Of a stretch of 64,000 bases of DNA, positions 47,427-59,551 are shown one piece after another (within the stretch, counting starts at the first letter, position 1; every line of letters starts with the position of its first letter). Made by a program: the position numbers and the translations under genes. The notes under the pieces are model-generated. The model was not told the origin of the DNA and made no database searches. It saw only the letters and a list, made by a program, of their open reading frames with translations. Origin of the DNA: Cladosporium halotolerans (taxonomy: Eukaryota); the NCBI RefSeq assembly GCF_011745625.1, contig NW_027191474.1:1-64000 (forward strand). Direction: 5' to 3'.

Positions 47427-48608
47427 TCACGAAACAACCGCGTCCTGATTCCCCATCGCCTTCCAAGGCTGCACAGCCGTCAGATCTAGCCCGCTGAGAC
47501 TCGCATAGTCAGTCATGAAATCCGAGCGGTCGAAGCCAATGCCGCTCGTCAGGCGGCGTTTCCAGATGCGCGGTTCACGGCCAGGAGTAGTCTTGCCTTG
47601 CGTAGGCGAGGGCTCTTGTGTCAAAGCAGTCGGCTGGACGAATAGAGGCGCGGGATCGTAGGAGGTGAGGTCGAGGCCTTGGCCGATGCTTTTGTCGGAG
47701 AGGAGCTGTGTCCAGTCTGGCGAGAAGAGCTGCGGGTCGGAGAAGAGGGGTGGGATGGCGGTTGGGGAGGGAAGAGTGGTCGAGGTTGTGTCTGAGGACA
47801 AAGGCTGCAACGCCGGTGGCTCCGTGGGAATTGTGAGAGCCGGTGGCGGTGAGGGCTGGGAGGGTGCTTGCTGAGCAGCTAGTGGTCTGAGAGGTCTTTG
47901 GTCTGGTTGCGCTGGTTTCGGCAGCAGCTGTGGTGGCGACGATGTAATGGGATCCCGGGAAGAACCTTTTGTCATCGACGAAGAGAAGGATTGAGAAGTA
48001 CCTGCTTTCTGCTGGGAGGCGGGCGACGTAGAACGGCTTTGCTCCGAGTCGCTAGCAGAGCGTCGACGCTTCCTCTGCGGAGAGCTGTCGTAAGCAGAGT
48101 CGGAGTGTGGCGCGTCTTGGAGGTCTTCGAAAGACTCCATCTCACCACTTCCGTCGTTCTTGGGCTCCAGTAAGTCCAATGCCGCGAGAATATCATGGGT
48201 GAGGGGTGGCGAGCCGTGATGGTCTAACGGCTGACCCTCCCAAGCTGACGCTTTGCGCATCCTGCTGTACATCTCTTGGATGGCAGCCACGAGTTGCGCT
48301 TGTTGACGCTCGAGCATCTCTGCGTAGCCCTTCGGATGGCTTCTGTTGCTCATACGCTTGCCCTCGCTGTGGGAAGTCAGCAGAGGAACGCAAATAGACG
48401 GTTGCGGAGAACTCGCGCACCTGAAAAAACAAACAACATTGTCAACTTTGCAGCGAGAGCACGGATATGCTCCGTCGCACTTCCCCTTCTTCAGCCGACA
48501 TCTGTCGCAGGCTTTCCGCACCCGCTTCCGGATGGCTTCTACACTGCTGCTGGAAGACGTCGAGCTCAAAGAGGGCTTGTTCCACTCTACCGAAGCAGGA
48601 GTCGACAT
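47427..48608 (-). CDS. Zn(II)2Cys6 transcription factor (Fcr1-like short type), 375 aa, 2 exons
   Basis: RKACDRCRLKKGKCDGAYPCSRCKVDNVVC, then KGYAEMLERQQAQLVAAIQEMY and LTHDILAALDL. 54-nt intron 48420-48367. Confidence 0.92.
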   Translation of the reverse strand: MSTPASVEWNKPSLSSTSSSSSVEAIRKRVRKACDRCRLKKGKCDGAYPCSRCKVDNVVCFFRCASSPQPSICVPLLTSHSEGKRMSNRSHPKGYAEMLERQQAQLVAAIQEMYSRMRKASAWEGQPLDHHGSPPLTHDILAALDLLEPKNDGSGEMESFEDLQDAPHSDSAYDSSPQRKRRRSASDSEQSRSTSPASQQKAGTSQSFSSSMTKGSSRDPITSSPPQLLPKPAQPDQRPLRPLAAQQAPSQPSPPPALTIPTEPPALQPLSSDTTSTTLPSPTAIPPLFSDPQLFSPDWTQLLSDKSIGQGLDLTSYDPAPLFVQPTALTQEPSPTQGKTTPGREPRIWKRRLTSGIGFDRSDFMTDYASLSGLDLTAVQPWKAMGNQDAVVS

Positions 48609-50343
48609 TTTGGTTCCAGATCCTGCGAGGGCGTGGCAGTCAAGATACGTCTGCAAATGCCTGATGTAGAGATCGGTATTGGGTATGGAATATTGGACTG
48701 ATGCAGCGAGGAAACACAGAGGAAAGGGAAGTACAGACCAATGGGTCATATAGAGTCAATCGTCAGCCCTCCCAAGCACAATTTGACCAGGGATGGAGTG
48801 CGCCGCGGACTTTGGGCCGGACCAAATAGCGCAACGATGCCCCAACTACCTGATCGGTCACCAACCCTCGACGGATGGGTGAAAAGCTCAAAGCTGAGCC
48901 AGGATCTCCACCCCATGCGAATAAGTCGTCACACAATCATGACATAAGAATGCGGCCGACTTTGCCGTGCACGTGTCTGGGCTGCTAGCTTGGGCTGGGG
49001 AAGCAGAAGTAGTGCCATCCGCGCAGGTAAAGACTAGCGACGAAGTGCCGACGGCCATTGCGTCGCGACAGCCGTTGAATTTCGAAACACACGTATTCCC
49101 GGCGCTGTTTGTGCGATGCTGCCGATTGGTTGGTGGCACACTCGCATCGGCAGGTCGCCCAGGCCCGCGAGGTCAACGAAAGGTGTTTGCGCCGGCGAGC
49201 ATGTGACTGTTCTGAAGCCCAAGACCGAGCGTCAGTTGAGGCTTTGCATTCTCCTTCAGGAGAAATTGTTGGCCCAAACACCGTCTTTCGCACTGTCTCT
49301 CTCGATCCATGGATATACTGTGTTTCGACCGTTCCACTCAGCTTGGGTAGATCACTGATTGAGAAGATGGCGTGGAGCCGCATAACCTTCGGAGCTGGCT
49401 GCGAAACGTCCAACCCGCTAGGCAAGGATGCAGAAAGAAGACACGCATCCACCGGGTGGGTAGGGGAGAGAGCTCCATTGGCGAATGGAAAGGATTGAGT
49501 AGGCGGAGCAGTCTCCGCGAGAGCACTTCGGTTCGCTCAAGCTTTGCTAGGGATCGAGTCAGCGAGGAGAACGAAGGTGCAAGCGACCGGGGGTGGGCTT
49601 GAGTCCGCTCGCGTACACGGTTTGTCGGAGGCTCGGACTCGAGCCCGGATTACCTCGGCCGCTTTGCCATGTATGCCCCATGCTGATCTTGAGAATTTTG
49701 ATCGATATTTGTGGGGAGGACGGACTCGTCTCCGCGGTAATGCTCAATGCTCCCTCTTGTAATTTGGGTCCAGAGCGCGAAGAGCCGTTGGGTCCTGCAG
49801 CAGCGTCGAGCAAACCGCTTGATCGGTCGATGCAAGCCTCTGACGTCGCGAGGAGAAAAGCCCAATTGGTGCTGGATGTGAGGTTAGCTGTGGCATCCTC
49901 TTGCTAATTAGCTTTGGCATTACGGGCGACATGCTGGTACCGTGCTGCAGGATGGCTCGCTAACCCCAGAACGTGCGTCAAGTTCGCCATCATAGTGGAC
50001 TCCCAAAGCGGCAGTGAACTCTGTTCTGGCGGGCAGAACTGCGGTCGCTGTGGCTCGATGTCACGCCAACCGGAAACCCACAGTCAAGGATCGCTTCTCA
50101 GCTTGAAGGCACCGCGGGGCGACGGGCAAGAGGGAGCCTCGACCCTTTGAACGCAGATGACGACCCGCAGCCTGTATAGCCGCTCAGGCGTTCGGATCCT
50201 TTCTTAAGCTGGGGTGCAAAACCAGCCTCTGTCTTATCCTTGACTTGCACTTTCTCCATCGACCATTCTTCGGCTATTCGCTTTTGTGAACCCTACAGCA
50301 AATAATACACTGGCCCATTGGCCCTTCAACAACGGCATCAGCC

Positions 50344-51303
50344 ATGGAGACCTTGAACATGCAACCTCTCAACAATGTCGGCCCCTCGTCATTATATGAC
50401 GCCGGGATAGGAAGACAAGCGCACAACATGTTCCCGGACGTCAACGTCGGCGCTTTCGAACAAGAGCAGCTCAAAAACTCCATGATGTTCGAGCCAGCGG
50501 TGAACTGGCAAGCTCTGAGCGACGCTGGCCTTCCCAAGTAAGGTTATCAGCTTACACGGCTTCGTCGAGCCGCAGCTAACAATTTCTTCCGCAGCTTTCC
50601 TAAATCACAAACTCCTGGCCCCTCAACAACAGCACCCAGCACATTCGATCAGGACTTTGGAACGTTGGTGCAGACAGTCGACCCGACCGACTTGTGGTCT
50701 GACACGAGCGCCGCAGCCGGAGAGGTCAGCAACGGAACACCGCCAGCCTCGACAAGCGAAAGCAGCCAGGGGCGCATTCCGACTCAGTCGACCTCGCCGA
50801 CTTCACCTTCGAAAGCCAGCACACCCCCCAGCACAGGACCCAGCACCAGGTCTACCCGGGCGCGCAACGCCGCCAACCGAAGACACAGCAAAGCTAAAGT
50901 AGCGCGCAAAGACAGTCACCACGACGATGAAGGCAGTGCGGAGGCAGGCTCCGCCAGCCCTTCTGCCATCGACAGCAAAACGCAACGCCTCCGCGAGAAG
51001 AACAAGCTCGCGGCGGCCAAGTGTCGCTCGCGTCAGCGCAAGCAAGTCCAAACCATCGAGTCGAAATGCAACCATCTCAGCGCGGCGAACAGCGAGCTGA
51101 AACGACAAGTGCGCGACCTCGCCGGCGAACTCAACGGGCTCCGCGCCTTCGCGCTGCAGCATCAGGGCTGCAACTGCCAAGTGGCATCGTACAACCTCAA
51201 CCAGGCGAGGCGAGTCGCCGCGGATTTGCAGGCCTTCGGCACGACCGGGGTGGAGGTCCAGCAGAAGCAGCAACTGCGGAGGCAGAGCGGGCTTGAAGCT
51301 TGA
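50344..51303 (+). CDS. bZIP transcription factor (ATF/CREB-like), 300 aa, 2 exons
   Basis: Intron 50538-50594. Basic region REKNKLAAAKCRSRQRK followed by a leucine zipper and HQGCNC. Confidence 0.9.
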
Positions 51304-53590
51304 GAGCTGCTCACGGTGGATCGTGCGAGCGCGTCGACCAGGGACCACTGCTAAACCGTGGTTCTGACGGCGTTGCGATTCACGAATGAGGTTGGGAGAG
51401 AGAGGGGTGGGGTCGGAGCCAACACCGGGCCCTGGGCCGGCCAATGGTGGAACCCCAGCCCGGCGAGCAATGGCTTGTCTGATGAATTGACGAATGAGAG
51501 GGAACGCTGCCGGCAACCTCGTAGGTAACACAGTACTGTTCAGAGCCACTCGTCGCGTCCGCCACGATTCCTGCGCAACCGTCTCCAACCTTCCAAACAC
51601 TACACGAGTCCTCCAGCCTCCAGCAGCAGTGCACTCCGGCAACGCACGCCGGCCCCCTCCCGATCAGCTCGATCAACACGCCCCACACGCAGCTGTGAAG
51701 CTGCCAAAAACCCACCTGAGGTCTCGAGCAAACTTCGCAACCCGGCGGCTCCTTCGGCCGCGGAGCAACGGTCCGCAAAGCATGCACAAACACGCAACAC
51801 CTACCAGCTGCGACCGTCATAATGCGCTGCGCGACTCCACACCTGCCCACGAGCTCAAGGCCGCGTCCCCGACGAGCGCCTCAGAATAGCGGGCGCTGGC
51901 CGCCAATGGGCTCTCTCTCGCAGTCACCTCCGCCTGTCACTCTCGGCCTGCCCCGCCGCGCACGCCGTGACGCAGTTACCGCATGGGGAATGTGTCGCGG
52001 CACTGTCGACGATCAGGGTGTGGCGAATCCTCGCTGAACTTCGGCAGTGGTGGCCTACCCCGGCAACCACGCCGCACGGCCATGGGAGCCCTGCTGCTTC
52101 GACATGGCCGAGCAAACCCGCCCTTGTGTTGCGTCAGAAAATTCGCTGACCGGGGCCTTGGGTGAACGAGGTATTGCGTCGCGGATGCCTGGTGACGAAG
52201 CGGGCGAGACTACACGCGGCTCAGTGCCGGCCGTGTTGCCCCTGTCCTTGTTGTCTCGACCTCAACGGCGTAGTATAAGAGCTCTGCAGCCGCGGCGGGC
52301 CAGTTTCTCGTCCGCCTGTCCACAGCTGCCGTGCGGCCTGGCCAGCCAAATCCAGATGCCGTGCACAGTTACTTGAGAAGAATAGGTGCCGAGACGTGCA
52401 GAGGGTGTCACAAGCGAGCGTGGCAGGGTTCCACAGGGTGTAGCCGGCACACGAAGGCTTCGAACAAGAAAGCACCTTGTGCAAAGGCCTCCCTAACCGC
52501 CTGACAAAGTTGTCGAGGAGAGACGGGAGACATGATGTTTACACGGCAGAAGAGAGCCACAGATGATTCCAGATATTGTCATGTTAGTACATGCCGTATG
52601 CAATGATGGTTGTCAACCTCCACCACAGCGTTCAAACAGTTATTTCCGGTAGCCTTCCTCAGAAAGCCGTTGCAGCCTTGGCTACCTAAACGAGAATTCG
52701 GCAGGGGTGTGCAATAGATAACCAGATATCAGGCAGGCGATAGAAGCCAGGCGGGCTTCCATTTGCCACAACGGTCATGCACCGAAGCATGATAATGCAG
52801 GACGGGACTTGGCTGCCGAACATGCCTTCGACATGCCTTAGGCACTCCGAAAACACGTGCCCAGATTCACAAGCCCAGCGTTTTCGTCTCCTCAGGTTGC
52901 CCCGCTCTCGTCGACTCCACACGGATTTCCAGGTCAGACTTCAGGGCGGCCCAGTCCCTGTCCTTGGGCCCACATCTGCCGCCAAACACCACCAACACCA
53001 TCACCACCACCTCCAGCTACATGGCTTCTGACACCCCGATAAGAGCCAGGCGTCCATTCACAGCCGCCCCAACTCTCCAGCCCGTCAGCAACGACGCCCA
53101 TATCAAACACGCACGTGACGTCGACCTGGCCGTGGCACAGAAACCTGCATCCCAAGACGCCACGCAAAGCTACTACTCCGCGAGCAGTACCGATCGGCGG
53201 GCCCGAGGCTCGCATACCGCTGTCTCATAGGCTTATCGCGCGCACACGTGCTCGGCCGCCCACAGCGAAAGCGACCGTCCAAGATCCTGGGCCCCCCGCT
53301 AGGCGAGAGGTAAGCGTTGTGGTAATAATCTATGGTAGCATCCGTGGCGCTCGACGGGCGGGACGAAGGTGAGTAGCGGGCTGTCTGAGAAGGTGCCCGC
53401 GTGGGATAAGTTTTTCTGTGTTTCTTGCGCCGTTTTCCTCGTATGTTCTCTCCGCCGTTCACACCTGAATGCTGTGCTAGAACTCGTTGCACGAGACCGC
53501 CGGTAACAGCGCGACACGACACACGACACCACCGCCTGCGCTTCCAGGACTGGCCAGCACACGTAGCCGTCCATCAACCCACCTCAAACC

Positions 53591-55538
53591 ATGGCTTCCT
53601 CGCCCACCAAGGACGACAAGAGCGCAGCTCCAGTCGCAGTCCCGAGCCGATCCCCGCACGACGACGTCGACGATGTCTCCTTGCAGAAAGGCGACCTGCT
53701 CGACCTCGAGAGCATCGACCCGGTGCTGAACGCGAAGATGCGGCTGGTCAACGATGCCATTGATGAGATTGGGTTTACGGGATACCAGGCGAAGCTGTTT
53801 GTGCTGAATGGATTTGGGTAGGTCTCGTGCGTACTTTTTCCCTGGCACGTGTCTGGATGGTTTCGTCCGGGACTCTCTATGCACAGGAACTTTGCTGGCA
53901 ATACATGCATTTATTGCGTGGTCGGCGACAAGAGCATGGTATATGGTGTCAATGGATTTGAGAAGCACGGCAAGGCGGATATTGCGCGCCAGCTACGAAT
54001 CCGACAGAACAGCAAATTGACACTTTCTTAGCTACGCCGTGGACTCACTCATTCTACTCATCCAGTCAATCATCGCCACGAATGCCGCTTACGAATTCGA
54101 GCCCTCTTTCGACACCGGCTTGACAATCGCCGCCTACACCGGAATGCTGGTCGGCGCTCTCTTCTGGGGACTCAGCGCAGACGTGATTGGCCGCAAATTC
54201 GCTTTCAACGTCTCCCTCCTTTTGAGCAGCATCTTCGCCATCGTTGCTGGAGCCTCACCCAATTGGATCGTTCTCGGCCTGTTCATTTCGCTCGCTGCGT
54301 TCGGTGCCGGCGGAAACCTGGTCCTCGACACCGCCGTGTTCCTGGAGTATTTGCCCTCCAAGGATCAATGGCTGCTTACCCTCATGGCTGCTTGGTGGGG
54401 CCTCGGTCAGCTGGTGGCTGGTCTCTTCGCCTGGGCTTTCTTGCCTAACTTCTCCTGCTCAGGCCCAGAATCTGAGACTGGTGAGCCTTGTAATTGGGAC
54501 ACGAACCCCGGCTGGCGCTACGTCTGGTTCGCGAACGGCGCACTCGTTTTCGTGATGAGTATTTCCCGAATCACCATCATCCGTCTCCGCGAAACGCCCA
54601 AGTTCCTCGTCGGTGAAGGCCGCGACGCGGAGGTGGTCGATACTCTGCAGTGGATTGCGAAGAAGTACAACAGATCCTGCTCCTTGACTCTCGACATGAT
54701 GCAGGCATGTGGAGTCACTGATACCAACAATGGCCGTCGTGGCTCGGTATCAGCTCACGGCAAGAGCAAGTTCTCCTTCTCCGAGCTCACCGTTCACTTC
54801 AAAGGACTTTTCGCTTCTCGCAAGCTCGGATTGAGCACCTCTCTAATCTGGTTCAGCTGGGTGAGTCTCGCCAACACAAGAAATACAATTACGCACCGCA
54901 CGAGTCTGGCACTTACTAAAATCTTCCTCTCCAGCTCCTCATCGGCCTCGCGTACCCTCTCTACAACGTCTTCCTCCCAACCTACATCGCCACGCGCGGC
55001 GCACAGCTCGGCGGTCTGTCACCCAGCGAACAATGGCGCAACTACGCCATCTCGAATCTGAGCTCCATCCCCAGCCCCATCCTCGCAGGCTTCATGTGCA
55101 AGAGCCGCTTCTTCTGGGGCAGGCGAGGCACCATGATCATCGGCGCCCTGGTCACCATGGCCTTCTTCTTCGCCTACACGCAAGTGCGCTCGAACGCGCA
55201 AAACCTCGGCTTCACCTGCGCCATCAGCTTCTGCCTGGTATGTCCCTCCAACCCTCCCCATCTTACAGAGCCCCCAAACTAACACCCCCGCCCAGAACAT
55301 CTATTACGGCACGCTCTATGCCTACACGCCCGAAGTCCTGCCCTCCGCGCACCGCGGCACCGGCAACGGCATCTCCATCGGGCTGAACCGCATCATGGGT
55401 ATCGTGAGCGCGGGCGTCGCCACGGGTGCGAACACCGCTACGCCCGTGCCGATTTACATCTGCGCCGCACTGTATATTGTTATGGCGATTGTCGCGGCTT
55501 GTTTCCCCTATGAGCCAATGGGGAGGAGGAGTTCCTGA
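53591..55538 (+). CDS. MFS transporter (SV2/sugar-transporter-like), 533 aa, 4 exons
   Basis: Exons 53591-53817, 54032-54860, 54935-55237, 55296-55538. Motifs: WGLSADVIGRK, GGNLVLDTAVFLEYLP, ETPKFL, YTPEVLPSAHRGTG. Confidence 0.93.
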
Positions 55539-55816
55539 GCGACGCTTGGGGGAGGAGATGAATCGGCTGGGCGGCGCAGTGATGCGGAGCCCCGGAGCCG
55601 ACTGAGCATGGTTTGGAGAGGCTTGTGGCTGGGCTAATTTTCTCTTGATACCCATGACTTGCTTAACGAGCTTTGCAGATACCATTCCCAAAAAAATTCA
55701 CATTTACTTCATCCAGCGTTTGCAGAAACCCGGCCGCTGAGACTGCGTTCATTTTTAATTTCGCTGCTTTATTGTAGGCGGGTTCGACTTCAGCGTTCAG
55801 CGATACATTCCTTTCC

Positions 55817-56332
55817 TCACGCATCCGCAACAACCTCCAATTCAACCAACGCCCCCTCCTTCGCCAGCGCGCCAATCTGTCCCAGCCCATCAGCATGCAT
55901 CCTTCCAGCACCTCAACAAGAAGCCAAACTCACCTGAACACAAGTGCTCACCGGAAACGGCGGACCAACCCACTCCGCCCAAACAGCATCCACGTCGCGG
56001 AACTGCTTGATATCAATAATGTAAATCCTCCTGCGGACAATCTTATCCAGCGACGAGCCCGCGGCCTCCAGGCACGCACGGATGTTGCGCATCGCTTGGT
56101 GCTGCAGACCTTGTCAACACGTCTCATCTCGCTCACAGTTCGGAGAGAGAGGATGGCAGCGTACGGTTTGCCCTACGATTCCGCCCTCCACGATCTTCCC
56201 CGTCTTGGGGTCGTCGCCCATCCAGCCCGCGACGTGCAGGGTGGAGCCCTGCCGCACGGCGTGCGAGTAGTTGCCATTGGGCGCTGGGGCGCCGGGAGCG
56301 TGGACTGCTTGGCGCGTGTAGGGTTGGGACAT
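55817..56332 (-). CDS. Rid/YjgF/YER057c/UK114 family protein, 131 aa, 3 exons
   Basis: Exons 56332-56165, 56101-55934, 55876-55817. Motifs: APAPNGNYSHAV, NIRACLEAAGSSLDKIV, GALVELEVVA. Confidence 0.9.
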
Positions 56333-56805
56333 GGTTGTTTGCGGCGGTCAGTTCGTTTCGTCGATTTGCCGAGTTGGGTTGTGACGAGGTGCCGTTCTGG
56401 TCAACGTTAACGCCACTTGGGAGTCTACTCCGCGTTTGAGTGGAGTGCCGATTGCTGAAGGGCTCCAGTTTTGCTGTCTCCGCTTTTGGAGGTCAGGGTG
56501 AAGTCATACAGGGTCTGGTTTCGGGGTTGGGCCTGCTGGCTTGATGGGTTTGAATTGCGCGGCGCGGTCACTCTGGCATACTTCCAGCATCACAGCTTGA
56601 AGGTTGTAGATTGATCGCGAAGAGCTCCATCACGATAGCATACCACTGCCGTCACATCGGTAGAAGCAGCTTTACTCACGTAGCACATCTTCAGCATCTC
56701 AAACAGGTAGGTCAGAACTTCTCTCCTAGATCCCAACTCGTTCGCCCTTGCAATTTCTCCAAAGCAATACAGTATACATCTAAAACGACTCGACACTCGC
56801 CCATC

Positions 56806-57501
56806 ATGAAGAACGAAGACCTCTCCGCACTCCTCGCCACCCGCATCCAAGAACACCACGCCCGCCAACCCCCCAACCGCCGCACCCTCGTCGCCCTCGC
56901 CGGCGGCCCCGGAAGCGGCAAATCGACCATCGCGGCCGGAATCTCCGACGCCGTCTCGCAGCGCGGGCTCAAATGCCAAGCCGTGTCGATCGAAGGCTTC
57001 ATCAAACCCTCGCACGCGCTGACGGCCGAGCAGCAGCAGCGCAAAGGCAGCATAGACACGTTCGACGGCGAAGCGGTCGTGGCGTTCTTTGAGAAATTGC
57101 GGGAGCTGGGGCGCGGGCACGAGGTGAAGTGTCCCGGGTGCAATGAGGAAGGGTGCTTCGAGCCCATCCCGGACGCGGAGAGCGTGCACGCGGACGCGGA
57201 AGTGGTTATCTTCGAGGGGATCTATCTGCTCGCGGACCGAGAGCCGTGGAAGAAGCTGGAGCCGCTGGTCGATGAGAAGTGGTTCATCCATGTGCGGCCG
57301 GACCTGGTCAGGCGACGGGTCGCGGAGCGCAGGCTGCAGAAGGGTAAAGCGGGGAGCATGGAGGAGAGTTTGAAAAGCTACGACGAGGGGGATGCGAAGA
57401 ATAATGATTTCATTGCGGAGTGTAGGTATGAGACGGATCTGGTGATTGAGAGCAATGAGGAGCTGGCGATCAGGTGGCCGGACGGGAGAGTGGAAAGCTA
57501 G
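56806..57501 (+). CDS. P-loop kinase, phosphoribulokinase/uridine kinase superfamily (Yfh7/YggC-like), 231 aa
   Basis: LVALAGGPGSGKST, SIEGF, GSIDTFDG, VIFEGIYLL and DEKWFI. Confidence 0.88.
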   Translation: MKNEDLSALLATRIQEHHARQPPNRRTLVALAGGPGSGKSTIAAGISDAVSQRGLKCQAVSIEGFIKPSHALTAEQQQRKGSIDTFDGEAVVAFFEKLRELGRGHEVKCPGCNEEGCFEPIPDAESVHADAEVVIFEGIYLLADREPWKKLEPLVDEKWFIHVRPDLVRRRVAERRLQKGKAGSMEESLKSYDEGDAKNNDFIAECRYETDLVIESNEELAIRWPDGRVES

Positions 57502-58134
57502 GAAAATCGCTTGTGTCAGAACAGAAGGTGGTCGGAAATATCATGCCGTTAGCGAGAAGGGTTGACAATGGCTAAAGATGGCACTTGGACGCCTCATAGC
57601 TGAGATGCTAAATTCAAGATAATTTGCCCGGAGCTTCTGCAAGGCGAAGAATTTCCGTGGCGCTATACAAGCGTTCTTTATAGCATCAAGCCACGCGCTA
57701 CACCTCAAACCTACAGAGATCATCAGTGCATTCTTGGTCACTCTACAAGAAGCATAAGCGACCTTGGCGTTTCATGCGACTATAACTGTAAACGCTTCAC
57801 GTGGCCAAGCACGGTCGGGCCATCTCCTACCGAAAGCGCCTTCTCCGCATCACCGTGCATGGACGAGGGTATGAGACGGACAGGAGGATGTCAACTTGCA
57901 ACATAAGCGTGTCGCAAGGTTTACGGGGTTGGAATCTGTTGTGTTCCACGAATGGTTTTGCTAGGTGATCAGGGAGAAATGGCGAGCTTGGCGGGTTGTG
58001 GTCACGAACATATATGCTGTGAATGGGACGCGACATTGACGTTGGTTAAGAGACAAGATACCCTCTCTCTTTGAGCCACATCGTATCGATCATCCTCATT
58101 GTCACAGCATCCGGGGGCAACAAGCGCAACGAAC

Positions 58135-58954
58135 ATGAAGTACATCGTCACTGCCGCGGCCCTGGCCACGCTCTGCGAGCTAGCTCAAGCCACAGTATAC
58201 CTCGCCGGCGACAGCACCATGGCAAGAAACGGCGCGAATGATGGTGTGACTGATGGTAAGGGCTGCAACACACAGAAGCACATCCGTTATTTCTGATCGC
58301 TCTCCCACAGGCTGGGGACCTTACCTCGAGAGCTACCTCACCGGCACGACAGTCGTCAACAAAGCCATCGGCGGCCGCTCAGCCCGCAGCTATACGAACG
58401 AAGGACGCTTCGCCGAGATCGCAACCCTCGTACAAGCAAACGACATCGTCGTGATCGAGTTCGGGCACAACGACGGCGGCTCGCCCAACTCCGCCAGCGA
58501 CAACGGCCGCTCCGACTGCCCAGGCACGGGCGACGAAGTCTGCACGAGCGGCAAAGACGGCTCGACCGTGTACACCTTCGCGCGCTACGTCTCGGACGCG
58601 GCAGAGTCGTACATCGCGAAAGGCGCGTCCGTCGTCATCAGCAGCCAGACGCCCAACAACCTCTGGGAGGGCGGCGTGTACTCCGACTCCGCGCCGCGCT
58701 TCGTCGAGTACGCGAGGCTAGTGACGGGTGACATCGGCGAGAACGCGTATTACATCGACCACTTCCAGGCTGTCGCGGAGATGTACGAGAAGCTTGGGAA
58801 CGCGGAAACGAATGCGCTGTACCCGAAAGATCACACGCACACCAGTCCGGAGGGCGCGAATTTGTCGGCAAACGCTTTTGCGCAGGCTGTTAGGAGCGCG
58901 GAGGGCAATCCGCTGGCAGAGTTTGTGAGGACCGATATCCCGTTGGTGTACTAG
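58135..58954 (+). CDS. Secreted rhamnogalacturonan acetylesterase (CE12, SGNH hydrolase), 254 aa, 2 exons
   Basis: Signal peptide, TVYLAGDSTMA, GWG, AIGGRSARSYT, EFGHNDG and DHTHTS. Intron 58256-58310. Confidence 0.95.
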
Positions 58955-59368
58955 GAAGGATGTTCAAAAAGGTTACTGGTACTTTAGTAGAGACTGGGAG
59001 GAAAGTCAATCAGGCAGCTTGTCATTTGAAATTCCATTCTCACGAGTCAGTATCAAGTACGTGGAGACGACACGATCGACGGTAGTTAAACCCTGTGCCG
59101 CAGTAACAACTGCCTCGGCTAGGTGCCAGTGGAGATGGTGTAGATCGATCGTAAAGGCTCGTGTTGAGCGTTGGCCATGAAGGAGGGAAGAAAGAATGGG
59201 TCGCTTAAACGTTCACCACCAGCATGAAAGCCCGCCTCCCCGGGCGTCAAATTCTCACCAAACTCCAGCCCGCACAAGGGCGCAAAAAAAGTCAAAAAAG
59301 TGATGAACGATGCTGGTGAGCCGAAACCGGAAGACTTTGAGATCTGTAAGAGATGTCATTTCTGAGAT

Positions 59369-59441
59369 CTCCCCAACAGGGAATCGAACCCTTCATGGGC
59401 GAGATGACAAGCGGAAATCATAGCCACTAGACCATTGAGGA
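59369..59441 (-). pseudogene. tRNA-Asp(GTC)-like element with intact acceptor/D/T arms but a disrupted anticodon stem
   Basis: TCCTCAA TG GTCTAGTGGCTATGAT T TCCGC TT GTC A TCTCGCCCATGA AGGG TTCGATT CCCT G TTGGGGA G. The 3' anticodon strand (expected ~GCGGA) is absent. Confidence 0.75.
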
Positions 59442-59551
59442 AACTGGACGTCTGGAGACATCCAAGGGTATGGAGCTGGCTCCGGCTGTGCGGTCTGTAG
59501 AGGATCTGCATGCATTTTTGTATGCCTGTATGGAGTTGTCTATTCTTTTAT

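Noticed and set aside
59300..59365. Possible C/D box snoRNA (GTGATGA ... CTGA) on the plus strand
   Set aside because: There is no terminal stem, no clear C'/D' boxes and no uninterrupted rRNA-complementary guide that I can verify. A snoscan/Infernal run would be needed.
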